Assembly (NCBI GenBank): GCA_963803435.1
Contig: CAWDML010000003.1
Location: 32,001 to 96,000, forward strand
DNA length: 64,000 nt
Reading direction: 5' to 3'
Source: an uncultured delta proteobacterium
GTDB taxonomy: Bacteria > Myxococcota > Kuafuiibacteriia > Kuafuiibacteriales > Kuafuiibacteriaceae
The translations under genes and the position numbers were made by a program. Positions 31,333-40,230 of the stretch are shown here, one piece after another. Below the pieces are notes generated by a model. It made no database searches. It was given only the letters and a program-made list of their open reading frames with translations, and had not been told where the DNA came from. Within the stretch, counting starts at the first letter, position 1, and each line of letters starts with the position of its first letter.

Positions 31333-34300
31333 ATGGTCTCGCTCGGCTACGCTGTGACTGGGACCACAGAGCGCACGAGCTTTGGCCGTTTTCGTCTCGT
31401 GCGCGAGCTCGGCGCCGGCGCCACCGGGGTGGTGTGGGAAGCGCTCGATCCCGATCGTGGTCTCGTTGCGCTGAAGCGGGTCGGGCCCCTCGACACCGAG
31501 GCCCGCGACGAGCTCAAGCGGGAGTTTCGCGCCGTCTCCCGGATCTTCCATCGCAACCTCGTTCATCTCTACGAGCTGGGTGAGTTCGACGGCAGCTGCT
31601 ACTTCTCGATGGAGCTGATCCGCGGGCAGCGGCTCTTCGATCATCTCCGCCCGGACGGTGTCCCCGACTACGATCGGATCAGGGCGGCGGCGATCGAGCT
31701 CACCCGCGGGCTGCTCGCGCTCCATCGCGAGGGTGTCCTGCACTGCGACGTGAAGCCGGGGAACGTGCTGGTGGAGGACGCGAGCGGTCGCGTCGTTCTG
31801 GTCGACTTCGCGACCTCGCTCTCGATGGGAGGCAGCGAGGATCCTCGCCTCCATGGGTGGGCGGGTACGCCGGCCTACTTCTCACCGGAACGGATCCTGG
31901 GCGGACCGATGTCGGAGGCCTGGGACTGGTACAGCCTCGGCGTCCTCCTGTTCGAGGCGATGACCGGGCGAAAGCCGTTCGAGGATCTGCGAACCTCCCT
32001 GGCGGCGTCGGCTCGGCACCAGCTCCGCTACCCCGACGAGGCCGGCGCTCCGCTCGTCGCCGTGGCCAACGGTTTGCTCGAGCGACGCGAGGCCGATCGG
32101 TGGAGCGCCGCCGAGGTCCTCGACACCCTGGGCGCGCAGCACCCGCCCTCCGCGCACGCGAAGCGCGCAGGGGACGGAGCGAGCGGAGACCGGTGCGACG
32201 GCTTTGCTCGAGCGGGCCCCGTCAAGCCGGCGCTGATCGGACGCCGGAGCGAGCTCACCAAGCTCCGCGCTGCGCTCGCGGGTGCGTCCGACGGGGCACG
32301 GATCGTTCGGATCTCGGGGGCGAGCGGCATCGGGAAGTCGTGTCTCCTCGAGGAGTTCCTCACCGGCGCCAAGGGTCCCGACCGGCTGCCGTTGATCCTG
32401 GCCAGCCGCTGTTTCGAGCGCGAGTCCGTCCCCTACAAGGCGCTCGACGGCGCGCTGGACGCGTTGGCGCGTGACCAGGTCACCTCGCCGAACCCCGTGC
32501 TCTCGGCGTTGACACAGGCTGACGGCGCGCTCCTGAAGCGGATGTTCCCCGCCTTCGGTCGGGTCGCGGTCTTACCGGACGGCGACGCGGGCACCCTCGA
32601 TCGCCGGCGCGCGTTCCTGAGCCTCAGGCGGATCGTCAGCGCGATCGCCGCCGAGCGACCGGTCATTCTCTCGGTGGACGATGCGCAGTGGGGGGATCGG
32701 GACAGCGCCCGCTGCTTGATCGAGCTCCTCGCCGACCCTGTGCCTGCCAACCTGCTGATCGTGTTGGCCCACCGCGACGGGGGTGACCGAGGAGAGTTTC
32801 TCGCGGAGCTGCTCGAAGGTCTCCCGAGAGGGATTGATTCGAGCGAGCTCAGCCTGTCACCGCTCGACTCCAGCGACGCGGCCTCGATCGCGCTCGCCAT
32901 CCTCGGCGCTGATCGCCGTGAGGTCGCCGAGCGCATCGGGAAGGCGTCGGCCGGCCTCCCCTTCGTGGCGGAGGCGCTCGCCCGGACGGTCCACGCGGGA
33001 CGCGACGACGGCCAGGCGCCGAACATCTCCGAGCTGGTGTCTATCGAGCGGGCGCGGCTCGCACCGGAGCAGCGGACGCTCCTCGACCTGCTCGCGGTGG
33101 CCGACGCCCCGCTCGAGCATCGCGTGGTGCTCGCTGCCGCAGGACTCGATCAGGATCGGACCGAGCTGGAGCGGATGGTGGGGCGAGGGCTGGTCCGCAT
33201 CAACGGACCGCGGCGACGCGACAGCGTCGAGCTCTACCACGACGCGCTCCGCGGCCCGCTCCTCTCGGATCTCTCACTCGAGGCGCGGCGCGCACTCCAT
33301 CGCGCCCTCGCGGTCGAGCTCGAGCGGTCCACTCGAGCCGACGCCTACCGGATCGCACGCCACTACCGCGAGGGGGGCGATCTCTGCGCCGCGCTGCGCT
33401 TCTCGCTGGAGGCGGCCCGCCGCGCGGAGCGAGCGCTGGCGTTCGACCGCGCCGCCGAGAGCTACGCGTTCGCGCTCTCGTGCCGGCTGGGCGCGGAGGA
33501 GGAGGCGAGCATCGCCACGCTGATGGCGGGCGCGCTGGCGAGCGCAGGAAGGCTTGCCGAAGCGGCTCCGCTCTACCGGTCGGCCGCGGAGCATCTCCCC
33601 GAACGTTCGCTGGAGCTGAGGCGGATGGCGGCCGAGCACTATCTGGCCTCGGGCATGGTCGACGACGGCCTCGCGGTGCTGCAGACGGTCCTCCAGGAGG
33701 CGGGGCTCACTCTTCCATCGCCGGCGAAGGCGACCCGCTCGATCTTGCGCTTGCTGCCGCGCGTGATCCTCCGCGGTCTGTTCTGGAGACCGGGCCGCGA
33801 CGTGCGTGACGGAGGGACTCGCACCACCGAGATCTGCTTCTCTGCCGGCAAGGGGCTCAGCCCGTTCGATCCTCTGGTGGCCAGCACCTTCATGCTGGAG
33901 GCCACCCTGCGCGCCATGACCGAGCGCGACTCCGGGCGAGCGGTCCAGGGGATCGCGTATACGGGCATCCTGCTCAGCTACGGGCCGGGGACGCTCACCC
34001 GCTCGATCGCGCGCGCTCTGATCGACCGCGCCCATCGGCTCGCGCACGAGATTGATGATCCCACCACCGTCGGCTTCGCGCTCGGCGCGAAGGGCGTCGC
34101 CCTGGTGGCCGCCGAAGACTGGCGAGGCGGGCTCCGGTGCCTGGAGGAGAGCCACGAGCTCCTGGGGGCCGAGACGGTCGGGACCAAGTGGGAGCGGACC
34201 GCCGCCGCGACCACCGCGCTCCTGGCGTTGATGTCGCTCGGCGATCTCTCGGTGCTGGGCCGCCGGATCGGTGCGCTCCTCCGGGCGGCGCGCGATGAGG

Positions 34301-34947
34301 GTGACGTGTTCACGATGGTCGAGGCGCTGCTCTACGCCAGCATCGTCGCGCTCGCCGAGGGCGAGGTCGCGGCGTCGCGGCAGCGGATCGACGAGGCCAT
34401 GGCCAGCTTCACCTCCACCGGCTTCCTGTTCCAGCACTGGGCTGCGCTGAGAAATCGCACGATGGTGTCGCTGTACGAGGGCTCGACCGACCTCGCGCGC
34501 GAGCGGATCTGCAAGGGCATCGAGGAGGCGAAGCGCGCCGGGTTGCTCAGCGTGCAGATCATTCGGATCGAGGCGCTCTGGCTGTCGGGGGCCATCGATC
34601 TGCTCGAGTCGGGGGCCGCCTCCGAGCGCACGCTCTCGCGGCTCAGAAGAGAACACAGCCTCTGGGCCCGCGGGCTCGAGAGGTTGCTGTCGGCGGGCAC
34701 CATCCGGCGTTCGAACCTGGCGCGGGCCCAGCGTCTCCTTCGTGAGGCGGTGGAGGCGTTCCGCTGCGCCGACATGGGGCTCTTCGCGGCCTGCGCCGAG
34801 CTCGCGCTCGCCGAGCTCTCCGGCGAGACCGAGCGGGCCGAGCGGGTCGCGGGACGCCTACGGGCCCTCGGCATTCACGACCCGCGCCGCTGGATGAGGA
34901 TCTACGCGCCCGGATTCGCTCTGGACCGAGAGGCTGCCGATGGATGA
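31333..34947 (+). CDS. Ser/Thr protein kinase fused to a P-loop (AAA/STAND-like) ATPase and a helical-repeat region
   Basis: LGAGATGVV, VALK, HCDVKPGN, DFA, GTPAYFSPE; GASGIGKS; VDDAQWGD. Confidence 0.92.
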   Translation: MVSLGYAVTGTTERTSFGRFRLVRELGAGATGVVWEALDPDRGLVALKRVGPLDTEARDELKREFRAVSRIFHRNLVHLYELGEFDGSCYFSMELIRGQRLFDHLRPDGVPDYDRIRAAAIELTRGLLALHREGVLHCDVKPGNVLVEDASGRVVLVDFATSLSMGGSEDPRLHGWAGTPAYFSPERILGGPMSEAWDWYSLGVLLFEAMTGRKPFEDLRTSLAASARHQLRYPDEAGAPLVAVANGLLERREADRWSAAEVLDTLGAQHPPSAHAKRAGDGASGDRCDGFARAGPVKPALIGRRSELTKLRAALAGASDGARIVRISGASGIGKSCLLEEFLTGAKGPDRLPLILASRCFERESVPYKALDGALDALARDQVTSPNPVLSALTQADGALLKRMFPAFGRVAVLPDGDAGTLDRRRAFLSLRRIVSAIAAERPVILSVDDAQWGDRDSARCLIELLADPVPANLLIVLAHRDGGDRGEFLAELLEGLPRGIDSSELSLSPLDSSDAASIALAILGADRREVAERIGKASAGLPFVAEALARTVHAGRDDGQAPNISELVSIERARLAPEQRTLLDLLAVADAPLEHRVVLAAAGLDQDRTELERMVGRGLVRINGPRRRDSVELYHDALRGPLLSDLSLEARRALHRALAVELERSTRADAYRIARHYREGGDLCAALRFSLEAARRAERALAFDRAAESYAFALSCRLGAEEEASIATLMAGALASAGRLAEAAPLYRSAAEHLPERSLELRRMAAEHYLASGMVDDGLAVLQTVLQEAGLTLPSPAKATRSILRLLPRVILRGLFWRPGRDVRDGGTRTTEICFSAGKGLSPFDPLVASTFMLEATLRAMTERDSGRAVQGIAYTGILLSYGPGTLTRSIARALIDRAHRLAHEIDDPTTVGFALGAKGVALVAAEDWRGGLRCLEESHELLGAETVGTKWERTAAATTALLALMSLGDLSVLGRRIGALLRAARDEGDVFTMVEALLYASIVALAEGEVAASRQRIDEAMASFTSTGFLFQHWAALRNRTMVSLYEGSTDLARERICKGIEEAKRAGLLSVQIIRIEALWLSGAIDLLESGAASERTLSRLRREHSLWARGLERLLSAGTIRRSNLARAQRLLREAVEAFRCADMGLFAACAELALAELSGETERAERVAGRLRALGIHDPRRWMRIYAPGFALDREAADG

Positions 34948-36463
34948 GGTCGAACGACTGACGCGAGAGCGCGACTTTTATCGACGCCTGCTCGACCTCG
35001 CCCATCGCGAGGCGATCGATCCGCTCCTCCAGGAAGCGCTCGATCTCATGGTCGAGATCAGCGGAGCGAGCCGCGGGTACATCGCGATCGACGATCCCGA
35101 GCACTGGGAGGACGAGCATCGGTTCTGGTTGGGGAAGAGCTGCTCCGAGGACGACGTCCGGAACATTCGGGCCGCGATCTCCAGCTCGATCATGACCGAG
35201 GCGATCGCCTGCGGGCAGACGATCCAGTCCCCGTCTGCGATGCTCGACCCGCGCTTCCTCGAGCTGGGGAGCGTACGCGCGAAACGGATCGAAGCGGTCC
35301 TCTGCGCGCCCATCGGCGGACGACAGCCGTTCGGCGTCCTCTACCTCCAGGGACGGGCCGGCTGGGGGCCGTTCTCCTCCGAGGCCGTCGCCTGCGCCGA
35401 GATCTTCGCGCGCCACCTGGCGCCGATCGCAGAGCGGATCCTGGTGCGGCTCCGGGACAAGACGCTCGATCCGACGGCGAAGTATCGGGCGCAGCTGAGG
35501 GTCGAGGGGCTGATCGGCAGCAGCAGCGCGATGGGCGAGCTTCTGCGACAGATCATGTTGATCGCCCCGCTCGAGGTCGACGCGCTCCTGACCGGCGCTT
35601 CGGGCACCGGCAAGTCGGCGGTCGCCCGCGCCATCGCCGAGAACAGCCCCCGGGCCTCGGGCCCGTTCGTGGATCTCAACTGTGCAGCGATTCCCGAGAC
35701 GCTCATGGAGAGCGAGCTCTTCGGCGCGGTCGCCGGCGCGCACTCCACTGCGGCCGGCGCCATCCCGGGTAAGGTGGAGGCGGCGCGCGGCGGCACCCTG
35801 CTCCTCGACGAGGTCGCCGAGCTCTCGCTGGCTGCGCAAGGCAAGCTGCTCCAGCTGCTCCAGTCCCGCGCCTACTACCCGCTCGGCGCCAAGGATCCGC
35901 GAGTAGCCGACGTTCGGATCATCGCCGCGACGAACGTCGACCTGTCGGCCGCGGTGGCAGAGAAGAGGTTCCGCGAGGATCTGCTCTACCGGCTCCAGAT
36001 CCTCCCGATCCGGGTCCCCTCCCTCTCCGAGCGCCAGGACGACATCCCGTCGCTGCTGCGGCACTTCTGCCGGCAGGCGGCCGAGCGCCATCGCTTGCCG
36101 TCCCTCGAGCCCTCGCCCCGCGCGGTGGTCGCTGCCGAAGCGGCCCCTTGGCCCGGAAACATCCGCCAGCTCGAGCACGCCGCGGAGGCCGCGCTCATCC
36201 GAGCGGCCGGCGACGGCGACGGCGCGGTCGAAGCCAAGCACCTCTTCCCCGGAGCGCCTCCGGAGTCGGTGAGCCAGCAGATGACGTTCCAGGAGGCGAC
36301 GCGCGAGTTCCAGAAGAAGTACCTGCGCGACACGCTTCGTCGCAACAACTGGAACATCACGAAGACCTCGAAGGACCTCGATGTGGCCCGCGCCCACGTG
36401 TACAACTTGATCCACGCGTTCGAGCTGGAACGACCGCTCCCGCGGGGGTCTGACCGGATCTGA
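34940..36463 (+). CDS. GAF-domain sigma54-type enhancer-binding protein with variant GAHSTA loop
   Basis: GAF (AVLCAPI..GVLYL); GASGTGKS; ESELFG; LLLDEVAEL; WPGNIRQL; Fis HTH. Confidence 0.9.
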   Translation: MDEVERLTRERDFYRRLLDLAHREAIDPLLQEALDLMVEISGASRGYIAIDDPEHWEDEHRFWLGKSCSEDDVRNIRAAISSSIMTEAIACGQTIQSPSAMLDPRFLELGSVRAKRIEAVLCAPIGGRQPFGVLYLQGRAGWGPFSSEAVACAEIFARHLAPIAERILVRLRDKTLDPTAKYRAQLRVEGLIGSSSAMGELLRQIMLIAPLEVDALLTGASGTGKSAVARAIAENSPRASGPFVDLNCAAIPETLMESELFGAVAGAHSTAAGAIPGKVEAARGGTLLLDEVAELSLAAQGKLLQLLQSRAYYPLGAKDPRVADVRIIAATNVDLSAAVAEKRFREDLLYRLQILPIRVPSLSERQDDIPSLLRHFCRQAAERHRLPSLEPSPRAVVAAEAAPWPGNIRQLEHAAEAALIRAAGDGDGAVEAKHLFPGAPPESVSQQMTFQEATREFQKKYLRDTLRRNNWNITKTSKDLDVARAHVYNLIHAFELERPLPRGSDRI

Positions 36464-36559
36464 GAACCGGTCCTAAACCGGAGGGGTGCTCCGTAAACTG
36501 TTCCGTTCGCTATTCCGGTGCGCCGGAACTGGGAATGATTCGGAGGTTTCGGACCGGAT

Positions 36560-37243
36560 CTAAGCTTCGCCCAGAGAGACGCCCCAGCCCTTCGTGGGGA
36601 CCAGGTCTTCCTCGAGCAGCTGCGTGCCCAGGGCGCCGGCGACGATCTCCACCCGCTCGAGCAGGTTGATCGCCGACATCACCTGCTGGCGCTCGTACTC
36701 GTCCTTCAGCGCTGCCGCAGCGATCATGTCCGCAAGCTGTCCTGCATCCTGGAGCTCGGTCAGGCCCTCGAGCGCCTCCGCCTTGTCGGTGTCGAGCGTG
36801 GACAGCAGCCGGGCGGCGAGGGCGCGCAGCGAGGCGACGGCGCTGTCGAGGCGCGCGACGTTGGCGGGGACCACGTCTTCGAGGAGTCGCGCACGCGCGC
36901 GGCGGTAGGTACGCGTCGGAGGGTGCTCGTCGGCGATGTCGACGCGCGCCAGGCCCTCGAGCACGATGTTGTACCGGCCGTCCGGGAGGCGGGCGGAGCG
37001 GCGGAGGACGCCGACGCCGGCCACCGAGAAGACGGGCGGGCGGGCGTAGACGTCGGCCTGGCCGCGCTCGTCGAACATGGCGACGGCCAGGCACCGGTGG
37101 CCTTCGATGCAGTCCTCGAGCATGCGCCGGTAGCGCGGCTCGAAGACGTGCAGGGAGATGAACGTGCCAGGGATCAGCACGGTGCCGGGCAGTGGAAAGA
37201 TCGGGAGCTCCTGGAGGGAGGCGCTGGGCAGTCGCGGGCTCAT
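36560..37243 (-). CDS. LON peptidase substrate-binding domain protein
   Basis: LPIFPLPGTVLIPG..LHVFEPRYRRML; LPDGRYNIVLEG. Confidence 0.9.
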   Translation of the reverse strand: MSPRLPSASLQELPIFPLPGTVLIPGTFISLHVFEPRYRRMLEDCIEGHRCLAVAMFDERGQADVYARPPVFSVAGVGVLRRSARLPDGRYNIVLEGLARVDIADEHPPTRTYRRARARLLEDVVPANVARLDSAVASLRALAARLLSTLDTDKAEALEGLTELQDAGQLADMIAAAALKDEYERQQVMSAINLLERVEIVAGALGTQLLEEDLVPTKGWGVSLGEA

Positions 37244-38652
37244 TCGCGGACTCCGGCGAGCGGGAGGATCTTGCCCGGGTTGAGGATGCCGGCGGGGTCG
37301 AGCGTCCGCTTGAGCGCGCGCTGCAGCTCGATCTTCGCCGGTTCGTGCTCGAGCGCCAGGAAGTCGCGCTTGGTGAGCCCGATGCCGTGCTCACCGGAGA
37401 TGGTGCCTCCGAGCTCGATGGTGGTCCGCATGATCGCTTCGACGGCGGCGTGGGCCCGCGGCGTGGAGTCCTGGTCGAACAGGACGTTGACGTGCAGGTT
37501 GCCATCTCCGGCGTGACCGTACGTGGCGACGCGGACCCGATGGCGGTCCGCGATGCGGGTGACCTGCTCGAGGAGCGTTGGGATCAACGAGCGAGGCACC
37601 ACGATGTCTTCCGAGATCTTCTTCGGCGCGGACTCGGTGAGCGTCATCGAGAGGACGCGCCGCGGCTCCCAGATCCGCTCGCGCTGGGCCTCGTCCTGAG
37701 CGACCAGCACGTCGATCGCGCCGCGATCGAGGCACACCGAGGCGGCCCGCTCGAGGTCCTCGAAGGCCCGCTCCGCGGTGGAGCCGTCGGTCTCGAGGAT
37801 CACCAGCGCACCGGCGTTCTCCGGGAAGCGTCCCGGCGTCTTGGCCCGGACGGCCGCCAGCGCGTGGTGATCGAGGAGCTCGAGGGTGCGCGGCACGATA
37901 CCCGCGGCGAGGACGCTGGTGATCGCGTGCGAGGCGGCGCTCAGGCCGTCAAAGGAGACCAGCGCGGTCTGGACCGCCCCCGGCTGCGGGATCAGGCGCA
38001 GCGTGCACTCGGTGATCACGCCCAGCGTGCCTTCGGAGCCCACGATCAGCGCCGCCAGATCGTAGCCGGTGACGTGCTTGATGGTTCGCTTCCCCACCTG
38101 CATCACCTGGCCGGTCGGCAGCACGACCTCGAGGCTGAGGACGAAGTTCTTGGTCACGCCGTACTTGAGCGCGCGCGGTCCGCCCGCGTTGCACGCGACG
38201 TTGCCGCCGATCGAGCACATGTTGAGGCTGTTCGGGTCGGGCGGATAGAACAGGCCCTCCTGTTCGACGGCGCGCATCAGATCCGCCGTGATGGTCCCGG
38301 GATCCGACACCACCAGCATGTCGGCGCGGTTGACCTCCTTGACGCGGTTCATCCGCTCCATCGAGAGGACGATGCCGCCGAAGATCGGGAGCGCTCCGCC
38401 CGACTTGCCGGAGCCCAGCCCGCGCGGCGTCACCGGGATCCGATGGGCGGTCGCCACGCGCAGCACCGTCACCACGTCCTCGGTCCGCTCGGCGCGCACC
38501 ACCAGGTCGGGCGGGAAGCAGCCCGCGCCGCTGGCGTCCTCGCCGTACCGCTCCAGCAGATCGCTGTCGGCGATCACGCGGTCGTCGCCGAGCTCGGAGG
38601 CGAGCTCCCGGCGCGCGGCATCGAGGGCGGTCGAGCTCAGCGCGCGCTGCAC
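37240..38652 (-). CDS. FAD-linked oxidase (GlcD/D-lactate dehydrogenase family)
   Basis: PRGLGSGKSGG, YPPDPNS, GGNVACNAGG, GSEGTLG, GHAGDGNLH, GEHGIG, LNPGKI; GTG start inferred. Confidence 0.92.
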   Translation of the reverse strand: MQRALSSTALDAARRELASELGDDRVIADSDLLERYGEDASGAGCFPPDLVVRAERTEDVVTVLRVATAHRIPVTPRGLGSGKSGGALPIFGGIVLSMERMNRVKEVNRADMLVVSDPGTITADLMRAVEQEGLFYPPDPNSLNMCSIGGNVACNAGGPRALKYGVTKNFVLSLEVVLPTGQVMQVGKRTIKHVTGYDLAALIVGSEGTLGVITECTLRLIPQPGAVQTALVSFDGLSAASHAITSVLAAGIVPRTLELLDHHALAAVRAKTPGRFPENAGALVILETDGSTAERAFEDLERAASVCLDRGAIDVLVAQDEAQRERIWEPRRVLSMTLTESAPKKISEDIVVPRSLIPTLLEQVTRIADRHRVRVATYGHAGDGNLHVNVLFDQDSTPRAHAAVEAIMRTTIELGGTISGEHGIGLTKRDFLALEHEPAKIELQRALKRTLDPAGILNPGKILPLAGVRE

Positions 38653-38987
38653 ATCCGTCCTCCCTTCGGCAACTTCACGATCTCCATCCCCGGTCGGACA
38701 GGCGTGCAGCAGGCACGGCCCACCTTCTCCACACCGCCGGCGGAGTCCTTGTAGCGCATTTCGCAACAGCCGGTGGTGTTGTTCCAGCAGTAGTCCCACC
38801 ACGGCATGCGAAGGGCGCGGTGCTTGATCTCGACGTACTGGATCGCGCGGAGGACGAAGTTGTCCTCCGGCACCAGAAAGCGCTGTCCCTCGATCACGAT
38901 GGGGAAGAGATAGCGGTACTCACCGAAGAGCTCGACGTCGTCGTCCGAGTGGGGCCCGTCGTAACGGATCGGATCGAGCCCGGACAC
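38637..38987 (-). CDS. 2Fe-2S ferredoxin-like protein
   Basis: IVIEG..VPED..L, CWNNTTGCC, RACCTPVRPGMEI resemble Fer2_4-type domains. Confidence 0.6.
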   Translation of the reverse strand: MSGLDPIRYDGPHSDDDVELFGEYRYLFPIVIEGQRFLVPEDNFVLRAIQYVEIKHRALRMPWWDYCWNNTTGCCEMRYKDSAGGVEKVGRACCTPVRPGMEIVKLPKGGRMCSAR

Positions 38988-39027
38988 CCCCCGACTCTCG
39001 GGGATCCGACCTCAATGAGCAAGGCCG

Positions 39028-39096
39028 CTAGGAGCGTGTAGCGCGTAGCGCTTCCGCGAGCCCGGTCCGGGTCCCGGTCCCGGTCCCGGTCCCGAT
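39028..39096 (+). repeat. Left inverted repeat with (GGTCCC)n array
   Basis: CTAGGAGCGTGTAGCGCGTAGCGCTTCCGCGAGCCCGGTCCGGGTCCCGGTCCCGGTCCCGGTCCCGAT. Confidence 0.92.
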
Positions 39097-39101
39097 GGCG
39101 A

Positions 39102-39470
39102 TCATGCAGCCCGGCGTGCGTTCATCGACTTGATGAGGCGCGTGAGCAGCTCGACAACGCGCTTGAGCTTGGCTCTGGCGGCTTGGACCTTCTGCTCGTT
39201 GGGGAGTCGGCGCCTCAAGCAGGTGTGGAGTGAGGCGGCGCTTTCGGTGCCAGAGCGAAGTGCCATCCGGTAGAAGCGAGCCTTCTCAGGTGGATTGAAC
39301 TCTTCGGCGCCCTCGGCGGTGTTGTTCACGATGGAATCGGATGCCCGCCGAAGCTGATCGCGGACGTGAGCGTGACCGGGTTGCAGTTCTTGTGCGATCT
39401 CTTCAGCGATGTCGGCATACTCGACGGCGAGCTGGTAGACCTCGAGCTTCTCGTGATCGAAAGTGACCAT
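39102..39470 (-). CDS. Four helix bundle protein (23S rRNA intervening-sequence protein family), 122 aa
   Basis: FDHEKLEVYQLA...DQLRRASDSIVNNTAEG...KARFYRMALRSGTE. Confidence 0.9.
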   Translation of the reverse strand: MVTFDHEKLEVYQLAVEYADIAEEIAQELQPGHAHVRDQLRRASDSIVNNTAEGAEEFNPPEKARFYRMALRSGTESAASLHTCLRRRLPNEQKVQAARAKLKRVVELLTRLIKSMNARRAA

Positions 39471-39619
39471 GCAAGCTAGCTTGCGGTAGCTCGTCCACTT
39501 TGACCAGCAGAAGTTCTTGGAGGTCGTTTCGTCTGGAATCGATCGTTGGGCGGATCGACTTCGACGCCTGGACTTGATCCCATGGTTTCGTGGCGAAGCA
39601 ATACCGTTCTTGGACTCCG

Positions 39620-40139
39620 AGACAATGCCCAAGTTGTCGTAGATGAGCACGCTCAGGTGATTGTCGCCGAAGGGGTCAGCAACCAGGCACCTGATCAGCA
39701 ACACCTCGTCCCGATGCTCCGTGATGTGTTCGGCAACTGCGGCGATGCTCCGCGGAAGATGACGGCAGACAACGGCTATCTGAGCGCGACCAACATCGAA
39801 TTCTGCGACAACAATCAGATCGATGCCCACATCGCTGTTGGACGCGAACAGAACCAAGACGCGTCGACTCCGTCCTCATCAGCTTCGGAGCCCACACCTG
39901 CCTCGCTCGCTCGCAAGCGAATGCGAGACAAGTTGCAAACGCGCGACGGCAAGGCGGTCTACGCCCGCAGGAAGAGTATCGTCGAACCGGCGCTCGGACA
40001 GATCAAAGGCGCACGAGGATTCCGCCGGTTCTCGCTCCGCTCCTTCTTCAAGGTACGAGCCGAGTGGACGCTCGTCTGCCTCACCCACAACCTGCTCAAG
40101 CTCTACCGATCGAAGCTCGCGACCGTCGCGAGCGTCTGA
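39620..40139 (+). pseudogene. IS1182-family transposase, C-terminal fragment
   Basis: NAQVVVD, ADNGY, YARRKSIVEPALGQIK..GFRRFSLR..EWTLVCLTHNLLKL; the N-terminal part, including the TDPD region, is absent. Confidence 0.85.
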
Positions 40140-40160
40140 CTCAAGGCAGCCATCTTCAGA

Positions 40161-40230
40161 ATCGGGACCCGGACCGGGACCGGGACCCGGACCGGGGTCG
40201 CGTGAGCGCTTACGCGCTACACGCTCCTAG
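40161..40230 (-). repeat. Right inverted repeat with (GGGACC)n array
   Basis: Reverse complement of the left repeat with 4 mismatches and 1 indel. Confidence 0.92.

Larger units (their letters stand above)
39028..40230. mobile_element. Non-autonomous IS1182-related element carrying a four-helix-bundle passenger gene
   Basis: Inverted repeats 39028-39096 and 40161-40230 (65/70 identical, outer 20 bp perfect), CTAG at both ends, transposase fragment, interior visibly less GC-rich. Confidence 0.8.

Noticed and set aside
31333-34947. Avs/NLR-like antiphage defence system
   Set aside because: The architecture matches common myxobacterial signalling kinases coupled to a transcription activator; no nuclease, TIR or SIR2 effector or defence-island context is seen. 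Not fully excluded.
39061-39096. CRISPR array
   Set aside because: Hexamer tandem repeats without spacers; no cas genes seen.
39102-39470. Diversity-generating retroelement (Avd-like protein)
   Set aside because: No reverse transcriptase and no template/variable repeat pair is visible in the window.
39471-39857. N-terminal extension of the 251-aa ORF as a fusion to the four-helix bundle
   Set aside because: It is mostly antisense to the transposase fragment; family similarity starts at Met 39470.
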